A DNA stretch of 64,000 bases, taken from positions 18,104,001 through 18,168,000 of the forward strand of contig NC_092674.1 in assembly GCF_964355755.1 (NCBI RefSeq), read 5' to 3'. The position numbers and the translations under genes are program-made. This document shows positions 26,201-39,350 of the stretch, piece after piece. How positions within the stretch are numbered: the first letter of the stretch is position 1; every line of letters begins with the position of its first letter. Below the pieces are notes generated by a model that saw only the letters and a program-made list of their open reading frames with translations, had not been told where the DNA came from and did no database searches. Source of the DNA: Antedon mediterranea. Taxonomy: Eukaryota > Animalia > Echinodermata.

Positions 26201-27112
26201 GCCCTCTTGTTAGACCTCCTCTTGTTTTTATGCTACGCATAAAACACTGTTCTATGGCAAGATCAGTTGATATTCCAGCCCAACGTCTGTCAGATCGCCG
26301 CACTTATTATTTGGTCAAATTTAAAATGTTATACTCGAGACCCGAGATTTATTCATGACACGACTAGAAAATGTTAACGGTCAAAATAATGATTTTTGGT
26401 TATATTGTACATTTGCATTTGTTTTCATTAGAGTAAATATAAACAAATATACTGGTATAATAGGTCAAAGGTCAAAAACATAGTTTCTATCCATTTTTAA
26501 AAAAACTTTTTCATTAGGCCTATAGTGAATATAAATAAGAGTCTTCTGAATCTTTTGACACAAAATTGACGAAGTTGTGCTTAGTGGTTACTGAGATATA
26601 AAAAATGTATTTACTGAGAAATCTAAAATAATGAATATGTGTCAAAGGTCAAAATAATGACTTCCGGTCATTTTACACGAATCTTTTCCATTAGAACTAA
26701 TATAAACATTGACCTTATGAGTAGTTTGACGCAAATAACGCTCATCTACGCCCACTGGTTACTAAGATACGAATATATGAAAATATACAATAAAATAGGT
26801 CAAAGGTCAAAAACATGCTTTCCTGTAATTTTTGGTAAAAAGGTTTCATTAGAGTACATATAAATATGGGTCTTCTGAATAGTTTGAAACCAAAATTAAC
26901 ATGCTACCCCTAGTAGTTTTCAAAATAGAAAAATGTGTAATTTAACCCCTATGACCTTAAAACCCCTTAAAAATTATGTTCCACTGAACCGATTTTGGTA
27001 GATTTTGGAAATGATCTTCCCAGATGCTTATAGAATCAAATAAAAAAGGTTTGGAAACTATTGCAATTTGTTTTGGGTTACGCCCTTTTTTTGTCATAGA
27101 TTGACTGGACTA
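23234..27112 (-). mobile_element. AcademX DNA transposon (internally deleted, 3879 bp)
   Basis: Termini TAGTCCAGTCAATCTA...TAGATTGACTGGACTA, 3-bp TSD CAA, long imperfect TIRs with subrepeats. Confidence 0.92.
24504..26303 (-). pseudogene. Academ transposase/XPG-like nuclease remnant
   Basis: Frameshifted ORFs contain RRSDRRWAGISTDLAIEQ..MRS.K..GGLTRGRG, VLDGGALLH.IPW, VFDGY, EADAD, DDTDILVLL, HAFLGCDTTSRFFGIGK, LPPT..A...HSLRVY.QVQ.W. The N-terminal part is missing. Confidence 0.9.
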
Positions 27113-29049
27113 CAAGTCTAAGAGAGTCGTATATCCCGGATGACTGGAAAACGGCTAATATTGTGCCAATACCGAAAATAAACCCCCCTCGCTGTGTCCA
27201 AACCGATCTCCGACCCATTTCGTTAATATCTGTAGCTGCAAAAATTGTAGAGAGCTTAATTGGTAGTCTTGTTTGGGACCAGCTGAAAGACAAACTATCA
27301 AACAACCAATTTGGTAGCTCAAAGGGGATCTCAACAACTGACGCCCTCATCTCATCATTGCATCACTGGTACCAAGCCACTGATGATGGCGAGGAAGTAC
27401 GTGCTCTCCTATTGGATTTTAGCAAAGCGTATGATATGATTGACCACCACATTTTAATTAGAAAGTTAAAGAACATAGGTATCGACGAAGTTCTTGTAGC
27501 ATGGATTCAAGCTTTTCTTGCAGATAGAAAACACAGAGTGAAATTGAAGAAGGTCTTCTCACCGTGGCTAAAACCAAACGGAGGAATCCCACAAGGATCA
27601 TGGCTTGGTCCAATCCTGTTTGTTGCCTTCATTGATGACCTCCAGGTCGATCTGCCGCTTATGAAATATATGGACGATACCACCTTTTACCAAAGATATA
27701 ATAAGAACTCCGAGTGCAAAATTCAAGATAGTATGAACAGTATATTTAAATGGTGCGAAGAAAATGGTATGAAACTGAATGAGAAAAAATCGGTTGAACT
27801 GCGCATTACATGTAAGAGAACACCAACTGAGTTTGACCCAATCACTGTGAATGGATCTGAAGTCAAGTGTGTTGAGCATGCAAAGTTACTAGGTGTCAAT
27901 CTTGACCGTAAATTGTCGTGGCAGACGCATGTTGACTGTTTAACTAAGCGCGTTGTACCAAGGTTGTTTTTTCTTAAGCAACTCAAGATGTCTGGCCTAG
28001 ATAGACTGGAACTGCTCCGATACTATCAAGCAGTGATACGACCAGTTCTCGAATATGCCTGTGCTGTTTGGTCCCCGAGTTTATCCAAAGTACAATCTGA
28101 CCAAATCGAACATGTCCAAAGAAGAGCGTGTAACATAATATGCCCCGATGGTACCTCGTATGCTGATACCCGCAGATACCTTAACATCATCACTCTATCT
28201 GAACGCCGCGAGAAGTTGTCAAGAAAATTCTTTGATAAAATGAAAAAAGAAGATCATATATTACACTCTCTCTTACCTAAACCTCCCACACACAACCATC
28301 AGCTCCGACGCGTTAGATCGTCCACCCTCCCCAAAGTCCGGACACAACGCACAAAAAACTTCATTACTTTCCACGGAGTTTTCAATGATTGGTGAATGAT
28401 CAGTAGCTGAGTTATGATAAGCAAATTGTGAACCTCTATTGGTTTGTGTTACTGGATGTACTATGATGGCCATTGAAAGACTGATTTGTGGACTATGTTA
28501 TATTTAGTATTACTTGTTTGGACTGTGTTATACTATGTGTTTACATATTTACTATTATATTTATGTCAACTTCATCACTGCTTACTTGATGCAATAAAGG
28601 AAATAAATAAAAAAAAAAAATATATATATTTATATTTGCTCTAATACAACAGAAATACACAAAATGTTAAAAAACACCTTATTTTGACATTTAACCTACT
28701 GTATAGCTGGTAACAATGTGATAGTTTTGGTCTCAAAATACTAGGAATGAATATTATGTTCAAAAATGAAATAACAAGTTATGAAAAAGTGGAGCCTTTC
28801 TTTTCAGGTATCACATGATAAATTGAAACTCGTTGCCCATGATACACCATACGGTAGGCTACTCCAGGCCCGTAAATTAGTTTTTATAGAGGGGTTCGAA
28901 TTTGGAAGCCTTTGATAGACCAACCAATTAGGATTAATTTGTATGTGTGTGGATGATGGTTTTCAGTAGAAGAGGTGGTGATTCGGAGGGAATTCTCAAC
29001 CTCAGCCCTGCCACACCCCCCACCCCCCTCCGTGTTGGGATTGAGTAAG

Positions 29050-31720
29050 GATATTGGGAAAAGTTTTCACATAGCCTATCGCAACGTAGAAATTGTAACG
29101 GTGGTGGACTTGTAATTTATATTTCAGATTCCATTTCTTTTAAAGTAAATAACTATAATGATATCAATATTGAATATATCTCAGTGAACCTCAGAACCAA
29201 GAGTGGTAGCACTCTCACTGTCACTACGCCGTACAAGCCCCCATCAGCCACGGTTTCTTATTACGAGGAACTAACTCAACTCCTTGAATTGTCGGGAGTC
29301 CATGAGAACGACTACATTCTCATTGGAGATCTAAATACAAACTTTCTCTCACCAAATGCCAGCACAATCAAGTAATGGAAGAATGCAATCTTGTACAACT
29401 AGTTGACCAGCCAACCAGGCTGATCTCCAAATCCATCATTGACATTGTCTTATTTTGAATCGGCATTTATTTATTATATGCCATCTAGAACACTCTGTCA
29501 GAGTTACAGTTTAAATTTTTATATTTATATTATATTATATATTAACCTCAAATAAGGATTTGCACTTCGGCACAAAGCGTCTATGAAATGTCGATGAGCG
29601 ATCATGATGCTGTTATCACCGAAATCTCACAAGACATTGTTAAAAATGTTCATTTTTCAAAAACATTTCGTTCCTTCAAAAACTTTAACAAAGAACGTTT
29701 TGTAAACGAACTAGAAAATGTTGAATGGGATAATCTATCCCGAATCATTAACGCCGATGAATTTATTGATTTATTTTATAATATTCTTATACAAATTTTG
29801 AATCGTCATGCACCCATTGTTAGTAGGCGTGCCTGGCTTATTGATAGGGATGATTTGCTTGATCTTATGCACAAAAGAGATCGCGCACGTAGTAAAGCAA
29901 AGAAAAGTAACTCAGAACGTGACTGGCGATATGCAAAAAAACTAAAAAACCAAGCGACTAGAGAATTAAGAAATGCCAGATTAACATTTTTCAATGATTT
30001 TATTACTACTTCTGTCGGGGATTCTGGTAAGATGTGGGAAGGCCTTGAGCAGCTTCTCCCCAAAAAAGTGAAAACCCCTCACCAAAGACCTTAATTTTTA
30101 ACAACATCGAAGTAAGCAACCCTCTTGGTTGCTGATACTTTCAATGACTATTTTGTTAATATCGGCCACACTCTTGTAAACAGAGAAAAGCTCGATCACC
30201 TTCCTTGCAACACAAACATCGAGGTAAACCAAAGACAATCACCCGTTTTTAGTTTTTAAACTATTAGTCAGGACGAAGTTGAGGGAGAGTAGCTCAGGGT
30301 CGATCCTAAGAAGGCCACTGGTCCGGACGGAATTGGGGGAAAGATCTTGAGACTGGCAGCCAAACACATTTCCAAACCTGTTACATATCATAAATCATTC
30401 TATTAAATCAAACACTTTCACCCACATCTGGAAACAGTCGCATATCACCCCCACACACAAATCTGGTGATACTCAAGACTTAAACAACTACAGACCTATT
30501 TCCATACTGTAACTGCTCCAAAATCCTTGAAAAAATTATTCACACTCAACTTTACAATCACCGCTCACTGAAAATAACCTTCTTTGTTCCAGTCAATCTG
30601 GTTTCAGATCCGGCTTCTCCACACTGTCAGCAGTGACTAACACACTTAATAACTGGTATACTAAAATCAACCGCGGCTTTCTCACTGCCGCAGTTTCCAT
30701 TGGCTTTTGACCTTGTGAATCACAAACTCCTTGTAAATAAACTCTCTTATTACAACATATCTCCATTGTCCTCACAACTTATTAAATCATACTTAACAAA
30801 TCGCACCCAACATGTAAAAATCGAATCCGTCATATCTTCTCCAAAAACTGTTCTTATGGGTATACCACAAGGTTCTCTCATTGGCCCATTACTTTTCACT
30901 ATTTTTATCAACGATCTTCCCAACATTATCAAACACTCAAACATTGACATGTACGCTGACGACAATAATTTACAACTCATCACAACACCCAACCAAGACT
31001 AATTGAAATTCACTTACATGCATACCTCACTAATATCAAAAAATGGCTCTCTCAAAATAATCTCATCATCAACACCAAGAAGACAACATCAAAGCTCATT
31101 GGAACCCATAATAAACTTCCTCAACATAGAAATATCAATCTTAAAATGAATAACACCAAGATCATTCAAACTCAGGAACATAAACATCTTGGAATAATCA
31201 GAGACCCAACACTTTCTTTTCGACCACATACACGTTATCTTCGTTCCAAACTCTGCCGAGCAATTTCCATCTTAGCTCGTGCACGTAAATTCACCAACAT
31301 ACGCACATCCATTCTCCTTTACAATACCATCTTTCTCCCTCACATTGATTACTGCTGCAGTGTGTGGGGTTCCAGATCCAGAGTCCAATATAAATATCAT
31401 CCAAAAAATCCAAAATAAAGCTTTCAGAATAATTCTACATGCTCACCCACTTACCCCACGCGAAACACTATACAATACTCTTAACCTACATACCATCATC
31501 GTATTGACCTACAAATTGGCTAGGCACTGTCGCTGATGGTTTCGAAATGTTCCATATACATATTTGTTCATATACATATCTTTATTTTTTTTATATATAT
31601 TTATATTTATGTTGGTCACTCCTTTTGTTTTTCCTTTTTCTCGTCTTTTTGTATTTGTTATCGTTCCCGTTTTTTAAGTGTTGAGGGCCTCATGCATGAA
31701 ACAAAGTTTAATAAAAAAAA
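29050..31720 (+). mobile_element. Decayed L2/CR1-group LINE (EN-RT)
   Basis: GGGLVIY, YKPP, IGDLN, SDH, KKATGPDGI, NYRPISIL, AFDLVNH, GIPQGSLIGP and MYADD across many broken frames. Confidence 0.88.
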
Positions 31721-34058
31721 TGTTAAAAATCGTGAGAATAAATCAAGAGGCTTCAGTCGAGGTCCTTGCATATAAAATTACGAATCTCCAGTGTTTTCAT
31801 TTCTGACACAGTGAAAACTCCTGTCTATCTATTGAGATTACGACGTGCATCAATTAATCAGAAATTATAGTACATGGAGACGATGCTTGTTGATACACGA
31901 CCAGACGATAAGCAAAGAATTGAGACCTGTAGACTTGCCTAGGCCTGCAGTTGTATACATTAACGTTTAGCATGGGGTGACGTGGATGAATCATCACTGC
32001 TATGACTAGTGCAAACCTGAGACGTTTCCAGGGAAACAAATCGAACGGACATACGATACTTTACTGTGGTAGACTTTGCTATTTATTACATAGAGTAATA
32101 AACTACACACTACTGCAAAATACTGTATTTAACATTTGGACACTGTGTACTGTATGTTATTAAATAGGTACAGTATGTCTTAGGAATTGGTAAAAATGCG
32201 CCCAACATCTCAACCCTCGCCGAAATGGGATGATTTTCTATTATTATTATTATTATTATTAAATTTTGGTTATATATTATTCAAACAGACAAAAGTAGAT
32301 TTCTTTCCAAGTGTTATGATTTACAAATCAGAAAAATAGAGAGAAATGAAAACTGTTGGGCTATGCAAGTCAAAAATCTTCTTTTTTCAATGGGTTATGG
32401 TTATATTTGGGTTGCACAAAATGTTTATGATAAATATAGTTTTATAAGTTTAAATTACGTTTAGGAGATATTGAAAGACAACTTTTTGATAAAGTTGGTT
32501 CATTTTCTAGATTGAATTTTTTGGTAGATTTAGGGTATGTTCAGACTCACAGCGTTAAGGTGGCGTTATATAAGCGGCGTACATATTTTTGTGTTTGAAC
32601 TAGTCCGCAGATTAGCGTTAGGGGGCTGTTACGCCGCGCCAGTGGCGTTAATAACCCTAGCAGGAGAGGGTAGATTTAATAACGCTAATACAGTGATGCA
32701 TCAATGATTTTAACCTTAACCAATAAAAAGAAACGACCACGGTTAGCAGGCCAACAGCATACCTTTACAGCGAGATAGCTAAACATCAAACTATCATGTT
32801 TTCAATTTTAAAGAACAGTAGGCTTACAGTTGGCGTCAGCGATATGATATCAGGGGTCCCAAGTCTACCGCTACTCGCGGTAGTCTACCGCTTTTAGTAC
32901 CCATCTACCGCGCTACCGCTATCTCGACGTTTTCTACCGCATTTTGATTTTTTTACCGCATTTTCAAATTTCCCCATATTTTTGACCAAATTGATTTACG
33001 GTTACACCCAGGCTCAGCCCAGGTCAACAATAGTCAATAACCAGAAAAAAGTGAGGCAGGATGTTGAAACAATGTCTATTCATGCAGTCTCCGTGGTCTA
33101 TTAATTAATTAATTAATCACGTGGTAACCGGAATATGTGATTATCAATTTTGGGAGGATCCAAGTTTTAACTAAATAAACGCTTTGATTACACAGTGGTT
33201 CAGACACGTTTTAAATAGTTATTACATTTTTAAACACCCTCATAATTAATGGACTCTACCAATGTTGATCCACTACAAAGAACAACAGATCGCATCGCAC
33301 GAGCTAGGTTGTTGATCTGAGGCGGTGTTTTATTTGGTTTTACTGTACGATCCGATAATACGAACATGTTAAATGTAAAGGCATGGATTCGCCAAGCAAG
33401 TAGGCCTGCGTTTAATAAAAATTTACCTAAGATTGTCGTAAGCTCTTCTGTTTATAGCAATAATCCACCCGTTCCGGCATGCACGCTAGGCCTCTCTAGC
33501 CTAGGCCTACTCTTCGATCGATCGATCAATGTCGCTGGTGGGGAATTTCCCAGCGATAAGAAATCGGCGAAATAGCTCATAAAACGGCCTACATTTTAAC
33601 GTGTAATTACGTATGGATAAAACAATATAAAACTCAATGTTTTTCATCTGAAATAATATGTTAACTCGCGTAATGTAGCATAAGACGGAATAAATAGTTA
33701 TTTCGATTGTTTTTGGGTTTAAAAATGGTAGCTAGCTACTACTAGTACTAGGGCCTAGAAGTAGAAGCCATAGGCTAAGCCTAGGCCTGTGTCTAAAAAA
33801 TATGAGTAAATTCTATTGGGCAATACTATCATGCGTAAATATTGTACATTATGTAATTAAGTTATTAAATTATTTTATATACTGAATTTTATTTAAAATA
33901 CAGTATATATTTTTTAAATTCTTTGTACTGAGGATGTGTCCATAAAAAATAAGAATGTAAAAATACTGATGGATAAACCTATGTAAAAATTAAGCCAACT
34001 TATATATATGTAACATTAGTTAATTAAGAGACGTAAACGACGCTTGTTGATTTTCGAT

Positions 34059-34917
34059 AGAGAGAAATGGCGAACCGCGATGACGTCACTCAAATTTCAC
34101 CGAGTGGGTATAGATTGTAAACAAACCATTTCGCCACATGTTTTTGTATGGGAAATTCCGATGGGTTGAGTTAAAAAAGTAGGTAGAAAAGAACGTTTAA
34201 AACACACATAATAGCAGTATCTTTTTTTTTTTGCAACCCCTTAACAATTTTAATGTTATATGGGCAAATCTTAACATATTTTATTTTAATTTGGATTGAA
34301 TTAAGACGCGTTTTTGTTATATACTGTACCCAGCTCTAGTAGGCCCTAGATAGTTGGCCTGTATATGCTGTAGTACCTCGAGTACTCGAGCCTAGCACGG
34401 ATTATCGGTTATAATAATAATAATAATAATAATCATAATAATAATAATAATAATATTGGAAATTCGTTATTGCATACTGTACTACTACTACTACTACTTT
34501 AGCTAGGGTGCTGCTAAGCCTCTCCTAGCTAGGTAGTAAGACTAAAATAGAGCATCTCTAGTAGATGTAGGCCTAGCATTAGTTTCAGCTTGACAACTGC
34601 CATTTTGTTATGTGGCTAGTGATGCTTCCTTCCTGCAGGGGGCTATCGCCAGTAATGAATACTTGATAACACCATTCTACTATAATACTATAGACCTAGT
34701 CTAATGTAGACCTACAGATATGAGATATTTTTAGGAATATGATTGTGAATGATGGATGACTTTTATACATAACAAGAATTATGAGCCTTACAGCAACAAC
34801 ATTGGTTAGACGACACCATGATTCACGTGTATAAACATAGGAAATGTGCCGCCCTCAACGGTTTGTTATGATTTTATACCCACTCGGACTTTAGACGCCG
34901 GTTCGCCATTTCTCTCT
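34059..34917. mobile_element. ISL2EU-like MITE
   Basis: Perfect 18-bp TIR agagagaaatggcgaacc with AT on both flanks, plus an inner inverted pair cgagtgggtata / tatacccactcg. Confidence 0.72.
34411..34500. repeat. (AAT)n and (ACT)n microsatellites
   Basis: Seen directly. Confidence 0.9.
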
Positions 34918-35669
34918 ATTGCCCGTGCGTTGACTTTCAACGCCCCGACGAATTGAATGTGGTTCACGACAAAATCTCCTGCGAATGGACTTTCCGAAGT
35001 TGGGACCTCTGTGATATTTTCATAAATTAAATACATTAATCAGATAATTGTCCGTGTAACAATTCTGCAAGTAGTAAGAACAAATCAGTATATTTTGAAG
35101 GTAACATTGTATAAATAAAAATAGCAAAAAAACAACTTTACAATTTTGTCATGAATGTATGCATAGTTCTATCTGCTTAAACCTAAGAATCGGAGCATTT
35201 TACGCAAGGCATTGGAATGTTGATCGTTGTGTCTGAACACCTTGAGTTTCAACGCTATTGATTACCGTACGCCTTGCGTTTGATAACAAACCTAACGCTG
35301 TGGGTCTGACATTGCCTTAGACAGTTTTCTTAACCATATTAAAGAATTTAAAATAAAACAAATTTTGTTGTGAATATAACTAACTCGTCAAAGTGACGAG
35401 TTCAAATCTAGTTGATTATCCGCAACTTTTGTTGATGGGATTGAGCAATATCTATCCCTACCCCCAATCCATACTTCCGACGAAACGCATTTGGGTAATG
35501 AAAGCCAACTTTTTTACAGTCCTCCCACTAAGTAGTTTGAGCAAATAATAATAAATAATATATACCGTATATTATTACAGTATTTTTATACCGTATATTG
35601 ATGATATACAGCAGAAATAGGGCCTTTGATGTCAGATGTAAGGAAAATATTATGTTTTGGATAACTTAC

Positions 35670-35800
35670 AATTTGATGAGGTGTGCATCTGCTCGTGTAT
35701 CATGTTTGATGGCATAATAGGCAACTAGTTCAGATTGGTTTATGACACTAATCACTTTGTCTGCAGCAATAACTATCTCATCTAGCATTTTTGTTCTGTC
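35670..35800 (-). CDS. TPP2: TPP2 exon (131 nt): DRTKMLDEIVIAADKVISVINQSELVAYYAIKHDTRADAHLIK(L)
   Basis: Bounded by ttgtttcag and gtaagt. Aligns with [43 protein letters not shown]. Confidence 0.93.
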
Positions 35801-36156
35801 CTGAAACAATACAAATATACAAATTTGTTCTGTTACTTCTTGCATGCAGGTACTAAACACGACAAAATCCAAACACACAAAAACACAAAAAATACAAATC
35901 TATAGATGTAGTGGCAGCAACATAATTATCTTAATATACTACCATAATGAATGACACAAAAATAATAATTGGTAATATGGCTACTGTATAATTACATAAC
36001 CAGGTAAAAACAGAAATGATCAATGGTAGAGGTAACTACAAAAATATTAATTGTCCAAATATTCTTTAATGTTTTGTTTTATATTTTAACAGAGGAAAAC
36101 CCTTGAAAATATTTGTTTACATGACAGAAAAAAAGTTAACTGGCTATATACTGTAC

Positions 36157-36253
36157 CTTATCAACTTCCAAAGAATGCATCTTGGCTACAAACAGTGGGA
36201 TATGATCAGAATATTGACCAACCAGATCTTCAAAAATTGCATTTCCTTCAAGT
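36157..36253 (-). CDS. TPP2: TPP2 exon (97 nt): LEGNAIFEDLVGQYSDHIPLFVAKMHSLEVDK
   Basis: Bounded by tttttttag and gtacag. The phase-2 start fits the previous exon. Aligns with [32 protein letters not shown]. Confidence 0.9.
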
Positions 36254-38229
36254 CTAAAAAAAGAAATACATTTTTATAGCATTTTTCTTCTATCGATACA
36301 TTTTTTTGCAATATTGTAGGTAAACTTAAAAAAAATAAATGTGTTTTGTGTTTATATTAGGAATGTTTATACCGGTTATTAATTAAATAAGCGTGAATAG
36401 CAAGTTTCTATTATATCATGATTTTCTTTTGGAGAGAGTTTGTTATTTGGGAGGATAATGATCTGTAATATTTATTTTGGTTAAGCGCTATACAAAAGAC
36501 AATTATGATTATTAATATTAAAAATAAACATTCCGTATGGGTTGATTTAATACATTGGTGAAAATACTGTCAAGAAGTGTAGCAGAGAATTCTTGTTGGC
36601 TAGTCAATAAGTGGAAACTCCTGAAATATAATACCGGTACACAATAATACAAGGATACTTTATAGTTTCTTATCCCTGTCTACAATAATTTATTTCACAA
36701 TGTTTATTAACAAACTGGAGTAGATGTACTTGATAAAAAAGTAGAGGCTTATATACACACATTTACAGGCATAAGAAACTCTAAATCGCCAAGTAAATAC
36801 CGTATTTAATAAGGTATTTTTTTAATACCGTATATATACGGTATATTTTTGGCAGCGGAAACAGTGTTCATAAAAAATATACCGTATTTTGTATACCATA
36901 TTTTCCTCACCAAATTTGTGGATAATTGTGGATTGTGGATAAAATATTTATAAATTTATACCATACTTTTGGTTTTGCTGCAAATAAAAAATACTGTATA
37001 TTTTGATTTTCTGTAAGGTTTTTACACATTGATGGATCATCTATAGTCAATGAAAGTAAGGAACAACATCACAACATTTGCAAATTATCTGTTGTGGAAA
37101 CAGGACAGTCAGATTTAGATAATTTAGCAAAAATTATGGGGTGTGCGAATAACAAAACAAACAGAGACTGTGAAAGCAGAGGCTACAACATCGCCAAAGA
37201 TAAACAAATTCTAATTTGGGCAAGGAAGGAATAACTTGTCCCCATATTGGGGGATCAAAAGGCAGGTTGGGTAAAAAAAGATGAATTTTAACACGACCAC
37301 CCAAGGTAGTACTTCTAGCAGAAACGGGGTACTAAAAAATACGGTATAAAATATACCGTATTTTATACCATATTTTGAGGATATGCAGCAGGATTAATAA
37401 ATGACATGTTGCATTAATAATGTAGAACTATTGTTATAATAATCTCAACATTTACAATTATCATTGAATACAAGGTAAAAAGTGAGAATGTTGACAGCAA
37501 AACAATGAGGTAACATCCTAGTAATACCATTTCCAGTCATTTAAAGTCATTCCTACGTCCGGTCATACGCAGATATTTTAAATCAGGTCTGTTGTAACTT
37601 CAATCACATATATTTTAGATTGACATTTAATTTATTTTAATGATTTATTTGATAATATTACTAAATATCTAATTTACAAATTCAATGTCTAAATCTTTAT
37701 GAAATAAACGATGTGCTCTTTTAAACTAAGTCAGTGCTAATACATTTGTTAAATACCTAATTGGTTTTAAGTTAGAAGATTAAGATTGACTGAAAATTTT
37801 TTTTCTTATAATTTACTTACAAAAAGAAGGAAGACAATGATAAAAAACACCATTTCCGGTAATTTTTGGCCAAACTTGTTCACCATGAATATAAATATAA
37901 TGCTACTAAATTTTTCGCGTATTTTATGTATCTCCTCCAAAACCACTGAATGGTACGTGCTCACATTTGGCACACTGATGTTTATTGATGGGCTGCACAC
38001 GATAGGCTAAGTCACTTTCCTGAATTTTAAGGTTAAACACTAAAAAAAGATCTCGAATACAATAGAACCAACGGGGGGACATTTTTGCTTTCGGACAAGC
38101 TTTCCCAATCGAGTCAGCAAGTTGGGGGGTTCATTGTGATGAAATCACCTTTAAAAAAATTAAATTTAGTATATTCTTCTACACTTTGATCAACAAAACA
38201 ATCTAATACAAAATCAAAAAATTATATCG

Positions 38230-38740
38230 GCATGGTCGCTTTTTCCGACTGGATCATCATAAACGTAAAATATTGACATCAAGTTCATGTTTACTAAAAA
38301 TTAAGTCAAGTAATGAAGGTTGGTCGTCACCTCTTACACATGTAAATTGCGTCCATGTTGTGTCAAGAATGAGTCTCAATTCACAAATCAATGCAAATTA
38401 AAATCTGGTCATTTTTGTATGAATATTTTAAACAGTGTATCCCTGATCTTCTGGTTGTATTCACCTCGAGATCTAGGGCTACGGTAGACACAAGCGATAA
38501 GATCAGATTTTTCTCCATATTTCAATAGACAAGTTAGCACTTCTATATCAATCCAGACCTCGTCAATAACAACTTCAGAAAAAATATCTTTGCGCACCAG
38601 GATTAGGACGCCACCACCTCCATCACTTGGAATTCTATCTCTTCTATAAACTAAATAAATATTGGTATCAAAATAAGTAATTCTATCATGACTCTCTTCC
38701 AACTTTGTCTCGGTAACAAAAATAAGACTTATTTTTCGAA
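38230..38740 (-). mobile_element. CR1-type endonuclease fragment
   Basis: FVTETK, YRRDR...GGGGVLILVR and VYRSP in ORF 38409-38702, then T.VRGDDQPSLLDLIF downstream. Confidence 0.8.
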
Positions 38741-38990
38741 TAAATGTATGTACAGTACCTATCAGATATAATTGTCTTGTATAACAGATAAGTACTGTAA
38801 TAGTTTACTGAAGTTACTATTACAACCTCGTCAATGAAAACACAAATATGTATATATTTATTTACTTATTTATGAAAACGCATACTATAAAGTTTTGTTT
38901 GTCTGTAAAATGATGTAATCAAGCATGTTTACAGGAGTAATTAAAAACCAAATTATAGTTGGAGAAAAGATACTACGAAGCATGTCATTG

Positions 38991-39350
38991 TCATCGCAAA
39001 TCAATACATTTGTATAAACATATATTAAATCTATCAAAATAGTTTTTTTTTTAAAAGAAAATCGGCCTGTCTTCAACATTATGATTGTGTACTCGAGCTG
39101 TTCAACCGGTTTTCAACAATTATTGTAGGAGGAGATAGGAAAATGCTTAGCATCCTCGTATTATTGTGTGCAGGTATTTTTCAAGATGAACATCCATTAG
39201 ACAGTGTATACCACGATCGGAAAACACCCCTATTTGGGGCAAACCTAAATTCGTTTTAATTGTCAATAACTAATTATCTAACTCAATTTAATTATAAACA
39301 GGGTTACATCAGGTGGTTAAAATCAGTATCGAAAGTATGAACCAACTTTA
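38991..39350 (-). repeat. Second, partial copy of the Helitron internal sequence
   Basis: Colinear with 13207-13577 (tcatcgcaaatcaatacatttgtataaac...gaaccaacttta). Confidence 0.8.

Larger units (their letters stand above)
22925..28620 (+). mobile_element. 5'-truncated CR1-group LINE (Rex1/Babar-like), split by an Academ insertion
   Basis: NKAIGPDNIPTWILRD...LCAIANS|SLRESYIPDDWK reads across the insertion. ORF 27163-28395 is an RT (DLRPISL, DFSKAYD, GIPQGSWLGP, YMDD). aataaa and poly(A) tail to 28620. Confidence 0.9.
32851..35011. mobile_element. hAT-like non-autonomous element with 6-bp TSD
   Basis: TIR caggggtcccaagt / agttgggacctctg. tgatat duplicated at 32845-32850 and 35012-35017. ctaccgc subterminal repeats. 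Confidence 0.72.
32533..35316. mobile_element. PIF/Harbinger-type non-autonomous element containing nested insertions
   Basis: Imperfect TIR gggtatgttcagactcacagcgttaagg / cctaacgctgtgggtctgacattgcc, TTA on both flanks. It interrupts an old LINE-like 3' fragment (about 32280-32530). Confidence 0.7.
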
